From a virus (lineage: Duplodnaviria > Heunggongvirae > Uroviricota > Caudoviricetes): a stretch of DNA of 64,000 nt. The position numbers were made by a program, and so were the translations under genes. Shown here piece after piece: positions 10,319 through 18,848 of this stretch; the stretch's first letter is position 1, and every line of letters begins with the position of its first letter. The notes beneath the pieces were generated by a model, which made no database searches, was not told where the DNA came from, and saw only the letters and a list, made by a program, of their open reading frames with translations. The stretch lies in IMG/VR virus record IMGVR_UViG_2565956624_000008, one strand, 5' to 3'.

Positions 10319-10993
10319 TCACCATTCATAGGGTAAATTAAGCGCTTTTAAACCTTGCTGGAAAGTATTAAGAGAGCCGTTTTTTTGTTGTTCCATTTTT
10401 TCGCGTGCAGCTTTCTCATACTGCTCCATCCGTTGGTTATACTCTTGCAATTCCTCCGGGGAGAGGTTTCCCATTGGGGAGTTTGTACCCGGCCCCCTGG
10501 CCCGTTCTTCAAGCGTACCCTGAACGTTTTGATGGCGCATTCCCGGGGCGTTTCTGATTGAATCAATGCCATTTCTTCCAACGTCTTCTTTATTAACGGC
10601 ATTGCTCGCCACCAGTACGCCCCAGCTAGGGATAGCAAAATCAGGAGCGGTTTCGCATGCCTTTACCATATAATCGAAAGAGCTTCGATTGATCTCGTTT
10701 GCGTCGGGATTTAATAGGCGAGAATATTGATATTTAGCATTTTCGTTGGTTGCGACTTTATACAGTTCTTGCTGCACCATCGCTTCAGAAAGTTTAAGGC
10801 GTTTCATATCTGATAGTAACTTCTTGCGCATGGATTCGTCTTGACTGACAGCAAAACCGTAAACGTGCCCAAGGTATTTCGTATAATCGGTACAAATCTC
10901 CTTTACGCTTGATGCTGCATTAACAGTCCCAGCCATAAATAATAACGGTAGTAATAGTTTTCTCATTATAACCTCACCTGCCTTATAACTCAT
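10319..10993 (-). CDS. Periplasmic protein, candidate superinfection-exclusion (Sim-like); likely true start ~10966 (MRKLLL)
   Basis: Signal peptide MRKLLLPLLFMAGTVNA; size about 25 kDa; sits beside immI where P1 carries sim; C-terminal motif GMRHQNVQGTLEERARGPGT resembles a Sit segment. Confidence 0.45.
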   Translation of the reverse strand: MSYKAGEVIMRKLLLPLLFMAGTVNAASSVKEICTDYTKYLGHVYGFAVSQDESMRKKLLSDMKRLKLSEAMVQQELYKVATNENAKYQYSRLLNPDANEINRSSFDYMVKACETAPDFAIPSWGVLVASNAVNKEDVGRNGIDSIRNAPGMRHQNVQGTLEERARGPGTNSPMGNLSPEELQEYNQRMEQYEKAAREKMEQQKNGSLNTFQQGLKALNLPYEW

Positions 10994-11062
10994 TTAGGGT
11001 ACATATTTTCGCCTTTAAAAAAAAGAGGTTATTAGATCCAATTGTGTATTTATTAAGCATAT

Positions 11063-11079
11063 AATGCTCTAATAAATTT
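11063..11079 (+). promoter_or_regulatory. C1 operator-like site upstream of immI (Op51 position)
   Basis: AATGCTCTAATAAATTT, one mismatch to the P1 C1 operator consensus ATTGCTCTAATAAATTT. Confidence 0.6.
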
Positions 11080-11289
11080 GTATTTTTAAGTCGCGAATGC
11101 TATCTTTTCGCATCATGTTGACCTTTTAATCGTTCAGGCTTATAGTTCCGCCGTCGTAGCAAATTCTGCGACCGGGTTTAGCAGCCTGAATGATTGTGCG
11201 GACAGCCGCAGATATCCGATATTGCGGTATTTTTGTGTCCGTAAAACCGCGTTACGCCCAAATTATGGTGGGGCGTGATGGGGAGGCTT

Positions 11290-11393
11290 CGGCCTGCTGG
11301 TTTCACAATCGCCAGTCTGCTAACCCCGTCACGTCCTGCCACCTGTTTAGCAGCGGGTAGCAGGTTGTTAAACCTGATTGTGAGGCCGTAACT
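11290..11393 (+). ncRNA. c4: Expected location of the c4 antisense repressor RNA
   Basis: Placed only by synteny (directly upstream of icd-ant, downstream of Op51); no structure verified. Confidence 0.25.
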
Positions 11394-11615
11394 ATGGTTA
11401 ATGCCAATCCTTGCGCACGCCAAGAATTCATCTGGCGTTTCTATTCCTGTAAAAAACACCACTATCACTTCGTTATCGCAGCAACTGAAGACGAAGCACG
11501 CTCTCAATTGCCTGATGGCCCCTGCATTTTTACTGCCCGTTTTTCAACTAACTCGCGCAATTCACTTAGTTACTGGAACCTCCCCTTCTCTGCCGACGTT
11601 CAGGGGGTTTTATGA
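11394..11615 (+). CDS. icd: Icd-like small protein overlapping the ant start
   Basis: 73-aa ORF whose stop overlaps the ant start codon, matching the P1 icd-ant arrangement. Confidence 0.55.
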   Translation: MVNANPCARQEFIWRFYSCKKHHYHFVIAATEDEARSQLPDGPCIFTARFSTNSRNSLSYWNLPFSADVQGVL

Positions 11616-12649
11616 AAAAACCTCTCGTCACCCGTAATGACATAGCCGAAGCGATCGCCCTGCATACTGCCTGTATGCCGACACGGGAGATCCCCGGCGC
11701 AATTGCCAACTATTTCATGATAACCAGACGTTTTTATACCCGAACAGATAAGGCTGTGATCAACAGGCTACTGATAGCCGAGATCAGGGATTATTTGATT
11801 GAACAAGGACGTCTACGTTACGCAACAGTGGCAGCAGAAATGAGAAAGGAGGCACATATAATGACCGGTAATAATTTGAATGTTGAAAAACCAGCACCTG
11901 TTACGTCAGCTACGCCAGCACCAGCCGTGAATATTATCCCCAACACCGGAGACACAATCGACAGCCTGACACTGTTAAAGATGGTCAATGAAGCGCGTAA
12001 GTTATGTGGGGAACCAGAGGTTCGGAACAACAAATTCATCGAAAAAATACTCGATGAGCTTGATGGTGAGCACTACACAAAAAGTGTAGTGGAAAAAATG
12101 AACAAAACATCAATGCTTGTCATAACCATGACTTTCAAACAAGCCCTGCGAGTCGCCGCGCGCGAGTCAAAAGCGGTCCGCCGTTCGCTGATCGACAAAC
12201 TGGAAGAATTACAGCAGGCAAACTCCCCTACCCCATCGATCCCCCAGACATTACCAGAAGCCCTACGCCTGGCTGCCGAGTTAGCAGAACAGAAAATGCA
12301 GTTGGAACAACAGCTGGTGGCCGCAGCCCCTAAAGTCGATTTTGCCGACCGGGTATCAGTGGCCAATGGAATCCTGATCGGGAACTTTGCAAAGGTCGTT
12401 GGACTTAAGCAAAACGCTCTTTTCTCATGGTTGCGCCAGAATGGCATTCTCATGGCTTTTGGAGCGCGCAAAAACGTACCGCGCCAACAGTACATCAACG
12501 CCGGGTATTTCACTGTGAAAGAAGTGGTGCTGGATGATGAAAATGGCTACCAGATACGGCTGACGCCCCAATTAACGGGTAAAGGCCAGCAGTGGTTAAC
12601 TCGCAAGCTACTTGATGCTGGTTTGTTAAAACCAGTAGCAATAGGTTAA
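11612..12649 (+). CDS. ant1: Antirepressor Ant (KilA-C / AntA-type C-terminal domain)
   Basis: 345 aa; C-terminal half is paralogous to the C-terminal half of the downstream KilA ORF (LPEALRLAA.LAEQK...GKGQQWL). Confidence 0.65.
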   Translation: MKKPLVTRNDIAEAIALHTACMPTREIPGAIANYFMITRRFYTRTDKAVINRLLIAEIRDYLIEQGRLRYATVAAEMRKEAHIMTGNNLNVEKPAPVTSATPAPAVNIIPNTGDTIDSLTLLKMVNEARKLCGEPEVRNNKFIEKILDELDGEHYTKSVVEKMNKTSMLVITMTFKQALRVAARESKAVRRSLIDKLEELQQANSPTPSIPQTLPEALRLAAELAEQKMQLEQQLVAAAPKVDFADRVSVANGILIGNFAKVVGLKQNALFSWLRQNGILMAFGARKNVPRQQYINAGYFTVKEVVLDDENGYQIRLTPQLTGKGQQWLTRKLLDAGLLKPVAIG

Positions 12650-12727
12650 CAAAAGAAAAAAACCTGCCAGCAAACTGGCAGGTTTCTGAGCAGATCGACC
12701 AACCCGATCTGGATCGAGTTAGAAAAA

Positions 12728-12744
12728 TTTGCTCTAATAAATTT
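12728..12744 (+). promoter_or_regulatory. C1 operator-like site upstream of kilA-repL (Op53 position)
   Basis: TTTGCTCTAATAAATTT, one mismatch to the operator consensus. Confidence 0.6.
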
Positions 12745-12813
12745 CGTTTTCTAAGTGCAAAGAATCACCATTTCGAGCTGGTGATTGAAGGTTGATGCAA
12801 ATTTGGAGAAAAA

Positions 12814-13614
12814 ATGCAACAAACATTCAATGCGGATATGAATATATCAAACCTTCATCAAAATGTCGATCCTTCAACCACTCTGCCTGTTATTTGTGGT
12901 GTTGAAATTACGACCGACCGAGCTGGCCGTTACAACCTTAATGCTCTACACAGAGCGAGCGGACTCGGTGCCCATAAAGCGCCAGCTCAATGGCTAAGAA
13001 CGCTGTCAGCTAAACAGCTCATCGAAGAGCTTGAAAAAGAAACTATGCAGAATTGCATAGTTTCGTTCGAAGGCCGTGGCGGCGGCACTTTTGCCCATGA
13101 ATTGCTCGCAGTGGAGTACGCAGGCTGGATTTCTCCCGCGTTTCGGCTGAAGGTAAACCAGACATTTATCGACTATCGAGCCGGAAGATTACAACCTGCT
13201 ATTCCGAAGAGCCTCCCAGAAGCTCTCCGTTTGGCTGCTGACCTGGCAGAGCAAAAGCAACGGCTGGAGCAAAAAATGCTGATGGATGCACCTAAAGTCG
13301 AATTCGCCGAACGCGTTGCTACCGCCAGCGGGGTTCTAATCGGCAACTATGCCAAAGTGCTCGGCCTGGGCCAAAACTATCTCTTCACCTGGTTGCGTGA
13401 TAACGGAATTCTGATCGCAACCGGTGAACGCAGGAACGTCCCCAAACAAGAATACATATCCCGTGGGTATTTCACCCTTAAAGAAACCGTGATCGATACA
13501 AGCAATGGAAGCAGGATTTCTTTCACGACTCGTATAACCGGCAAAGGTCAGCAGTGGCTGATGAAGCGATTGCTTGATGCTGGTGTGCTGGTACCTGTCG
13601 CGGCAACGCGCTAA
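12814..13614 (+). CDS. kilA: KilA (KilA-N plus antirepressor-type C-terminal domain)
   Basis: 266 aa; shares the C-terminal domain with Ant; precedes repL as in P1. Confidence 0.65.
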   Translation: MQQTFNADMNISNLHQNVDPSTTLPVICGVEITTDRAGRYNLNALHRASGLGAHKAPAQWLRTLSAKQLIEELEKETMQNCIVSFEGRGGGTFAHELLAVEYAGWISPAFRLKVNQTFIDYRAGRLQPAIPKSLPEALRLAADLAEQKQRLEQKMLMDAPKVEFAERVATASGVLIGNYAKVLGLGQNYLFTWLRDNGILIATGERRNVPKQEYISRGYFTLKETVIDTSNGSRISFTTRITGKGQQWLMKRLLDAGVLVPVAATR

Positions 13615-13643
13615 CAGACGTAGTAAGAACCACCAGCATTGTA

Positions 13644-14489
13644 ATGCTGGCTAAAGTCACTTTCCTGAGCTGTATAACGATGAGCGATTTTACTTTTTCT
13701 GGCTATGAATTGGCCTGCTTTGTAACACACTCCGGTCTATCCCGTAGCGCCGGGCATATCCTGTCGCAATGTGCAAATCTCGCGGCAACAACCAGTGAAT
13801 ACTTCATTCACAAGCCTCACCGCCTGATCGCGGCAGAAACTGGTTATAGCCAATCAACCGTCGTTCGTGCATTCCGTGAAGCTGTAAACAAAGGAATTCT
13901 GTCTGTAGAGATTGTTATCGGCGATCACCGTGAACGTCGCGCTAACCTGTACCGGTTTACACCATCCTTTTTGGCCTTCGCACAACAAGCCAAAAATGCG
14001 CTGATTGAAAGCAAATTAAAGATCTCTTCAGCGGCAACCAAGGTTAAAGCTGTTCTCGCTAAGACATTGGCTTTATTTAATTTTTTATCCACACCCCCAT
14101 GTCAAAATGATACCCCCTCCCCCTGTCAGGATGACGTGGCAATAAAGAATAAGAAGTCACAAGTTAAAAAAACAAAAAGATCAGTTTCCGGCGGTGCCGG
14201 AACGACCAGACTCAAAAAATTGACTTCATGGATCGCTGAGGCAAAAGCAAAGGCTGACAATCTGCGGTTATCCAAAAAACGCGCTCAAAAACATGAGTTC
14301 AAGCAGAAAGTAGAGGCGGCAGCGCGGAAATATGCTTACCTGAAGAACAAGCGTTCTCCTGATATTGGCGGGGTATCAAACTTCGATAATCTGCCGCATT
14401 GCATGACGGTAAACGAAGCTCTTAATGCGGTTTTAGCCAAAAATAAAGATAACGAACAATGGGGTATACCGGCAGGATTCAGAGGGTGA
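13644..14489 (+). CDS. repL: RepL lytic replication initiator
   Basis: 281-aa ORF directly after kilA under the same operator; basic C-terminal region; synteny with the P1 lytic replicon. Confidence 0.6.
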   Translation: MLAKVTFLSCITMSDFTFSGYELACFVTHSGLSRSAGHILSQCANLAATTSEYFIHKPHRLIAAETGYSQSTVVRAFREAVNKGILSVEIVIGDHRERRANLYRFTPSFLAFAQQAKNALIESKLKISSAATKVKAVLAKTLALFNFLSTPPCQNDTPSPCQDDVAIKNKKSQVKKTKRSVSGGAGTTRLKKLTSWIAEAKAKADNLRLSKKRAQKHEFKQKVEAAARKYAYLKNKRSPDIGGVSNFDNLPHCMTVNEALNAVLAKNKDNEQWGIPAGFRG

Positions 14490-14785
14490 TAGATTGCTCT
14501 AATCTGGAGTCACCTGGCGTTTTCAGTTTGAGGTCGGAGATGCAATCTGATTTTTTACAGTTAGCAATCGCTTTTGCAGGATATGTTTGTATTGGCTTCT
14601 GTGTATACATGATCAGCCGAAAAATGCTTGTCGATATCGACCGCAAAGAACAAGCAGAGAAGATCTTAGTATGGATTTTCTTTGGCGCGGTCTGGCCATT
14701 AGGGATCATGTTTGCTGCAACATTTCTTCTGATGTGGATATTCACCCTTCCAGGTGATTTCTATAGAAAAAAAGCCAGACATTGA
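14459..14785 (+). CDS. Small membrane protein (probable true start ~14540)
   Basis: Two hydrophobic segments (LAIAFAGYVCIGFCVYMI; ILVWIFFGAVWPLGIMFAATFLLMWIF). Confidence 0.3.
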   Translation: MGYTGRIQRVIDCSNLESPGVFSLRSEMQSDFLQLAIAFAGYVCIGFCVYMISRKMLVDIDRKEQAEKILVWIFFGAVWPLGIMFAATFLLMWIFTLPGDFYRKKARH

Positions 14786-14908
14786 TACAATCGTTGCGGG
14801 TGCTTGAGGCTATCTGCTTCAGGCATTACCCGAAAAGCAGATAGAAGAAAGCCCCAGATAACATTACGCGTCCTGCAAGACGCTTAACATTAATCTGAGG
14901 CCATATCT

Positions 14909-15115
14909 ATGCTTAGCATACGTAGATTAGCCTCTTACCGACCAAAAGGTCAAGGAGAAGCAGGCTATGAAGCAGCAAAAGGCGATGTTAATCGCCCTGA
15001 TCGTCATCTGTTTAACCGTCATAGTGACGGCACTGGTAACGAGGAAAGACCTCTGCGAGGTACGAATCCGAACCAGCCAGACGGAGGTCACTGTCTTCAC
15101 AGCCTACGAATCTGA
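14909..15115 (+). CDS. mok: Mok-like overlapping reading frame of the hok locus
   Basis: 68-aa ORF that overlaps hok in a different frame and ends inside it, the classic mok/hok arrangement. Confidence 0.45.
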   Translation: MLSIRRLASYRPKGQGEAGYEAAKGDVNRPDRHLFNRHSDGTGNEERPLRGTNPNQPDGGHCLHSLRI

Positions 15116-15122
15116 AAGGTAA
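14967..15122 (+). CDS. hok: Hok/Gef-family type I toxin
   Basis: 51-aa product MKQQKAMLIALIVICLTVIVTALVTRKDLCEVRIRTSQTEVTVFTAYESER: N-terminal TM helix plus the conserved Hok C-terminal pattern; below the ORF-track size cut-off. Confidence 0.8.
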   Translation: MKQQKAMLIALIVICLTVIVTALVTRKDLCEVRIRTSQTEVTVFTAYESER

Positions 15123-15195
15123 GAGACCTGGCGGGGAGAGATCTCCGCCACTCTTCGTGTGTCAGGTATCCTCAATGCACCCTTTCCTCTCCAAA

Positions 15196-15222
15196 TAAAA
15201 AAGCTCCCGAAGGAGCTTTAAA
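15196..15222. terminator. Intrinsic terminator between hok and the convergent late operon
   Basis: AGCTCC-CGAA-GGAGCT hairpin flanked by an A-run and a T-rich tract. Confidence 0.55.
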
Positions 15223-15238
15223 ATACAAGGGATTACTA

Positions 15239-15748
15239 TTAATCCCACTCAATCCAGTTGTAGACGATACGAAGTGACGGGCGCACAGCGGCAGTCACAT
15301 CTTCGGTACTAAAGTCGATTGCATCACTGTAGATTTTGCAGTCCAACATTTCAATTGTTGTAGCAGCTTTTGTCACAGCGTTAACCCCGGAAGATTTGGA
15401 TTCAGGGGTAGCAGCCATCGTGATATCAACATAGTCCTTCGCCGCAATGCGATCCTTGATGAACTGAAGAATATCGCCTTCGATAGTCTCCACGCACTGG
15501 ACCTGGATTTCCCCAGAGTTTCGAATTGGTCCGTGCTGGTTGAACTTCACACCATTCGGACCATAGTCCTCCACATCCTCGCGGGTCATTTCAGGAATTT
15601 GCGACGTGCGAACCAGTACGCTGATATCTTCATGGCCTGCAAAAGTGAGCTGGAATTCAGAAGATACCAGTCGTTCGCCTTTGGCCGCGTTGGCAGTATA
15701 GCGGCCCTTAATAAATTTACGGTTTCCCTTAGTGTTATTGTGCCCCAT
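15239..15748 (-). CDS. Putative tail tube-type structural protein
   Basis: 169-aa ORF at the distal end of the sheath-containing late operon; size and position only. Confidence 0.3.
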   Translation of the reverse strand: MGHNNTKGNRKFIKGRYTANAAKGERLVSSEFQLTFAGHEDISVLVRTSQIPEMTREDVEDYGPNGVKFNQHGPIRNSGEIQVQCVETIEGDILQFIKDRIAAKDYVDITMAATPESKSSGVNAVTKAATTIEMLDCKIYSDAIDFSTEDVTAAVRPSLRIVYNWIEWD

Positions 15749-15759
15749 ATAAAATCCTT

Positions 15760-16341
15760 TTACTGGAACGCCCGAACAATATCGGAGCTGTTATATATCG
15801 AAGAACCGGTCAACTGGAGGTTGACGGTGTTTTTCAGGAAATGCCCATTGCTGTCCCTGGGCGCATCGAGATCGAAACTTATGTCCTGGATAGCGACATC
15901 AATGATGTTGATCCGGCGACCAATGTTTAGCGTCACACGCTCCGGGATTCGACCACCAATACTGGCATCTTTAAGTTCCGGGCTAATCATCGCTGACAAT
16001 GCGGCGATAGCGCCTGAAACCTCCATGAATGGGTCAAACAAAGCGATGAAAGTTACTGGCAGCGTGAAAGTCGGCGGTGTTCCCCCCTCCCAAACCATTA
16101 AGCTGTTCCAACGGGCCACCGACGTTGTTTCAGTACCAACCTGCGCAAAACCACTGAAAGCACCAGCAACAGACCCCATGGACATACCGGTAAACGGCGC
16201 TTCCCAATTCTGGGCCATGTTCATTGCCGCCCCCTGGCTGATATATCCGGTAACCTGGTACTGAGAGTTCGTTAAAGTAACTTTCAGAAATGGTGATACA
16301 CCGTCAGCCTGGCTGTAAACCCCATAAGGTATAGGTGCCAT
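15760..16341 (-). CDS. Hypothetical late structural protein
   Basis: 193-aa ORF in the late operon. Confidence 0.3.
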   Translation of the reverse strand: MAPIPYGVYSQADGVSPFLKVTLTNSQYQVTGYISQGAAMNMAQNWEAPFTGMSMGSVAGAFSGFAQVGTETTSVARWNSLMVWEGGTPPTFTLPVTFIALFDPFMEVSGAIAALSAMISPELKDASIGGRIPERVTLNIGRRINIIDVAIQDISFDLDAPRDSNGHFLKNTVNLQLTGSSIYNSSDIVRAFQ

Positions 16342-16376
16342 TCAAGTTAAAGGCCGGAGTTCTCCGGCCTCCTCCT

Positions 16377-17189
16377 TTAGCCAAGGCGCTTACGGCGCAG
16401 TTTCATTGACTTTTTGCGGGCCAGTTTTGCCGCGCCGGTCTGGGCTTTACGACGTGCTTTTTTCAGCGCCGATTTTTGAGCCGCAGTCAGACGTTTTTTA
16501 CGCAGGCGTTTACGGATGAGTTTGATCTCACCGTTACGAACAACCTTCTTAAATGCTTCAGTCAGCATTTCATCAGAAGTGCCAGCAACAACAAACGCCG
16601 CTTCCAGTTCGTCACGGTCGTCGCTATCTAAACCAGCGATAGAGGCACCAACATCAGCAGCTGCGTCGTCGTCTTCATCGTCAGCCAGTGCTTCGATCAG
16701 GTCATCATCTACACCGCATGCTGCGAGGAAGTCAGCAACATTTGCCCATGCTTCGTTATAGGCATCGTCCTGTTCTTCTGTAACTTCGGAGTCGTCGTCG
16801 TCAGAGATACCAGCGATAGCCTGAACGAAACCATCAAGGGAGTCGAAAGTCAGATCACCGCTATCGGCCCAGGCGAAAACGGCATCGGCCGCATTACTCA
16901 ACGCATTCTGCATAGCACTTCGATTTGCAGCTTCCAGAATCATCTGGTGCGCCTGTTCGACGGTCCATTCTTTACCGTCTTTCCCTTCCAGGATTTGCTC
17001 AGGAGCCGGGTCAGATGGAACGTTATCGTTAGTCTGTGCCGCCGGTTCCGGATTATTAATAACCGGATCTGTTGGCGGTTCGGCGCTTGCTCGGGCAGAC
17101 TCCATCAGCTGCACAGGATCAGAGTTCAAAGCGAAACGAGACAGTCCATTCCCCAAAAATGCCCCGGATTGAAAAAAGTTTTTGCTCAT
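16377..17189 (-). CDS. Acidic protein with highly basic C-terminal tail
   Basis: Asp/Glu-rich centre; C-terminus KRLRKKRLTAAQKSALKKARRK...RRKRLG suggests nucleic-acid or scaffold interaction. Confidence 0.3.
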   Translation of the reverse strand: MSKNFFQSGAFLGNGLSRFALNSDPVQLMESARASAEPPTDPVINNPEPAAQTNDNVPSDPAPEQILEGKDGKEWTVEQAHQMILEAANRSAMQNALSNAADAVFAWADSGDLTFDSLDGFVQAIAGISDDDDSEVTEEQDDAYNEAWANVADFLAACGVDDDLIEALADDEDDDAAADVGASIAGLDSDDRDELEAAFVVAGTSDEMLTEAFKKVVRNGEIKLIRKRLRKKRLTAAQKSALKKARRKAQTGAAKLARKKSMKLRRKRLG

Positions 17190-17198
17190 TGTATTCCC

Positions 17199-18788
17199 TT
17201 ACTTAATAAGCAGTGGTACGCCCTGGATACGACGGGCTACGCCAGTCGGGCAGCAGGCCCAGACTACTTCCCATTTATCGAATTCCGCCTGCGTAACTTT
17301 CAGCACATACGGTTCTGTACCGTCAGCATCGGGATCACGAGGAGCCACCAGAGCGCCGGAGGCGACAAAGCGATCTAAAAGTTTGGTCATCCCTTTAGTC
17401 AGGCCAGCCGCAGTAATACCGTCCGGGCTATGCTTCATCTGTCGGGCTAACTGGACAAAGAAACGACTGATTGCATTCATCAGGGATGGGACGTGCTGGA
17501 AGTGCAGATAGTTATCCTGCGTGCAGCAAGTTAAAGCATCGTCGATGATCATCTGGCCAGAGGTGCCAACAGATACTTTATTGAGACGGCCCTTGACCAT
17601 TGCTTCTTCGTCCGGGGTATCTTCCGGATACAGCGGTTGAATTGACGCACGAGCAATGACGGCACGTTCTTCACCAGCCGGTGAGTAATGCCAACCGCCG
17701 ACATCAGAGTTTTTCTTGACGCCACGAGCTTTCGCCGCATACGCCGCGCCAGACAGACCGAAGACCACACGGGATTGGGTCCATTTGTCTTTGCAGGAGA
17801 ACGGGTAGTGATAGACAGAACAGCTTACATAATCGGTACCAAGTAAACCGGTACCCTCAACAGCTGTTAGTGCTTCTGCGTACCTTAATGTCGGTTTGAC
17901 ATCAAAGAAGCCATCAATCAGGCGATCTGCACAGATTTTACCTAATGCGGTGATAGCCGCATTGTCATAGCAGCCCAGGCCAAGAACAGCGGTGTACATG
18001 TACGGCGCATTATTCAGCACTTTAACCGCACGCAGGTAAGCAGCGGTTGAGATTTTCGACTGATCGCCATTGGTACCGCCAGTGAATGCCACCGATTTTT
18101 TATTTGTTACTTTCGCTGTAGAAATCAGCTCTTCATTAACAACCGCACGCAGATATTTAGAACGGGCTTCCAGAGCCGTAGGCAGATAACACAAGCGGCC
18201 CATGTCATCTTTCGCTTCTTCCGCCAAAGACACAGTGTGTGTCTCCAGGGTCGTTACCACACCGAGCGAAGTCGTCTGGGTCAGTTTTAAGAGGAAGCGT
18301 TCATTACCCGCGCTGTCCGCTGTTGCCGTTTCGATGGTTAACTCACGGGTAGGTGAAATACACGGATCACCATCATCAACGTAGATAGCAAAGGCTTCGC
18401 CGCTATCAAGTTCAATTTCAGAACCGTATGGCAACGCACTGTTAGCCGGTTCGCCTGATTCATCGAACATAATAATCGGGAACTTCGCATCATCCGGAAC
18501 AGCACGGACAACATAACCAGACGTTTGCTGAATAGCTTCGTACACATGGCGAATTGGTTCAAACTGTGAGCCGGAAGACGGCTTCAGCGGTTCGCCAAGA
18601 ACATCTTCGTAATTGGACTCAGTAACCGCAAGAACAGTAAACGGCTTGCCACGCGCAAATACGCCAATACCAGCCCACAAGCTGCTATTTAATGCAACAC
18701 CGGTAGATAACGTCGCATCGGCATTGATCGGGCTAACCGCGACGCCGGATGCATTACCTAATGACTGTTGAATTGAATATTGAGACAT
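17199..18788 (-). CDS. Putative tail sheath protein (P1 gene 22 position)
   Basis: 529-aa ORF, second gene of the operon that starts next to parS; assignment by size and synteny. Confidence 0.4.
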   Translation of the reverse strand: MSQYSIQQSLGNASGVAVSPINADATLSTGVALNSSLWAGIGVFARGKPFTVLAVTESNYEDVLGEPLKPSSGSQFEPIRHVYEAIQQTSGYVVRAVPDDAKFPIIMFDESGEPANSALPYGSEIELDSGEAFAIYVDDGDPCISPTRELTIETATADSAGNERFLLKLTQTTSLGVVTTLETHTVSLAEEAKDDMGRLCYLPTALEARSKYLRAVVNEELISTAKVTNKKSVAFTGGTNGDQSKISTAAYLRAVKVLNNAPYMYTAVLGLGCYDNAAITALGKICADRLIDGFFDVKPTLRYAEALTAVEGTGLLGTDYVSCSVYHYPFSCKDKWTQSRVVFGLSGAAYAAKARGVKKNSDVGGWHYSPAGEERAVIARASIQPLYPEDTPDEEAMVKGRLNKVSVGTSGQMIIDDALTCCTQDNYLHFQHVPSLMNAISRFFVQLARQMKHSPDGITAAGLTKGMTKLLDRFVASGALVAPRDPDADGTEPYVLKVTQAEFDKWEVVWACCPTGVARRIQGVPLLIK

Positions 18789-18848
18789 AACTTTCCCTGT
18801 TATGCGCCCCGCGCGGGGGCGCTATGTTAAACGGAGAGCTTCCCCTGA

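Noticed and set aside
11818-12513. Minus-strand ORFs 11818..12039 and 12073..12513
   Set aside because: Antisense to ant, which is supported by its paralogy with KilA; no independent signals.
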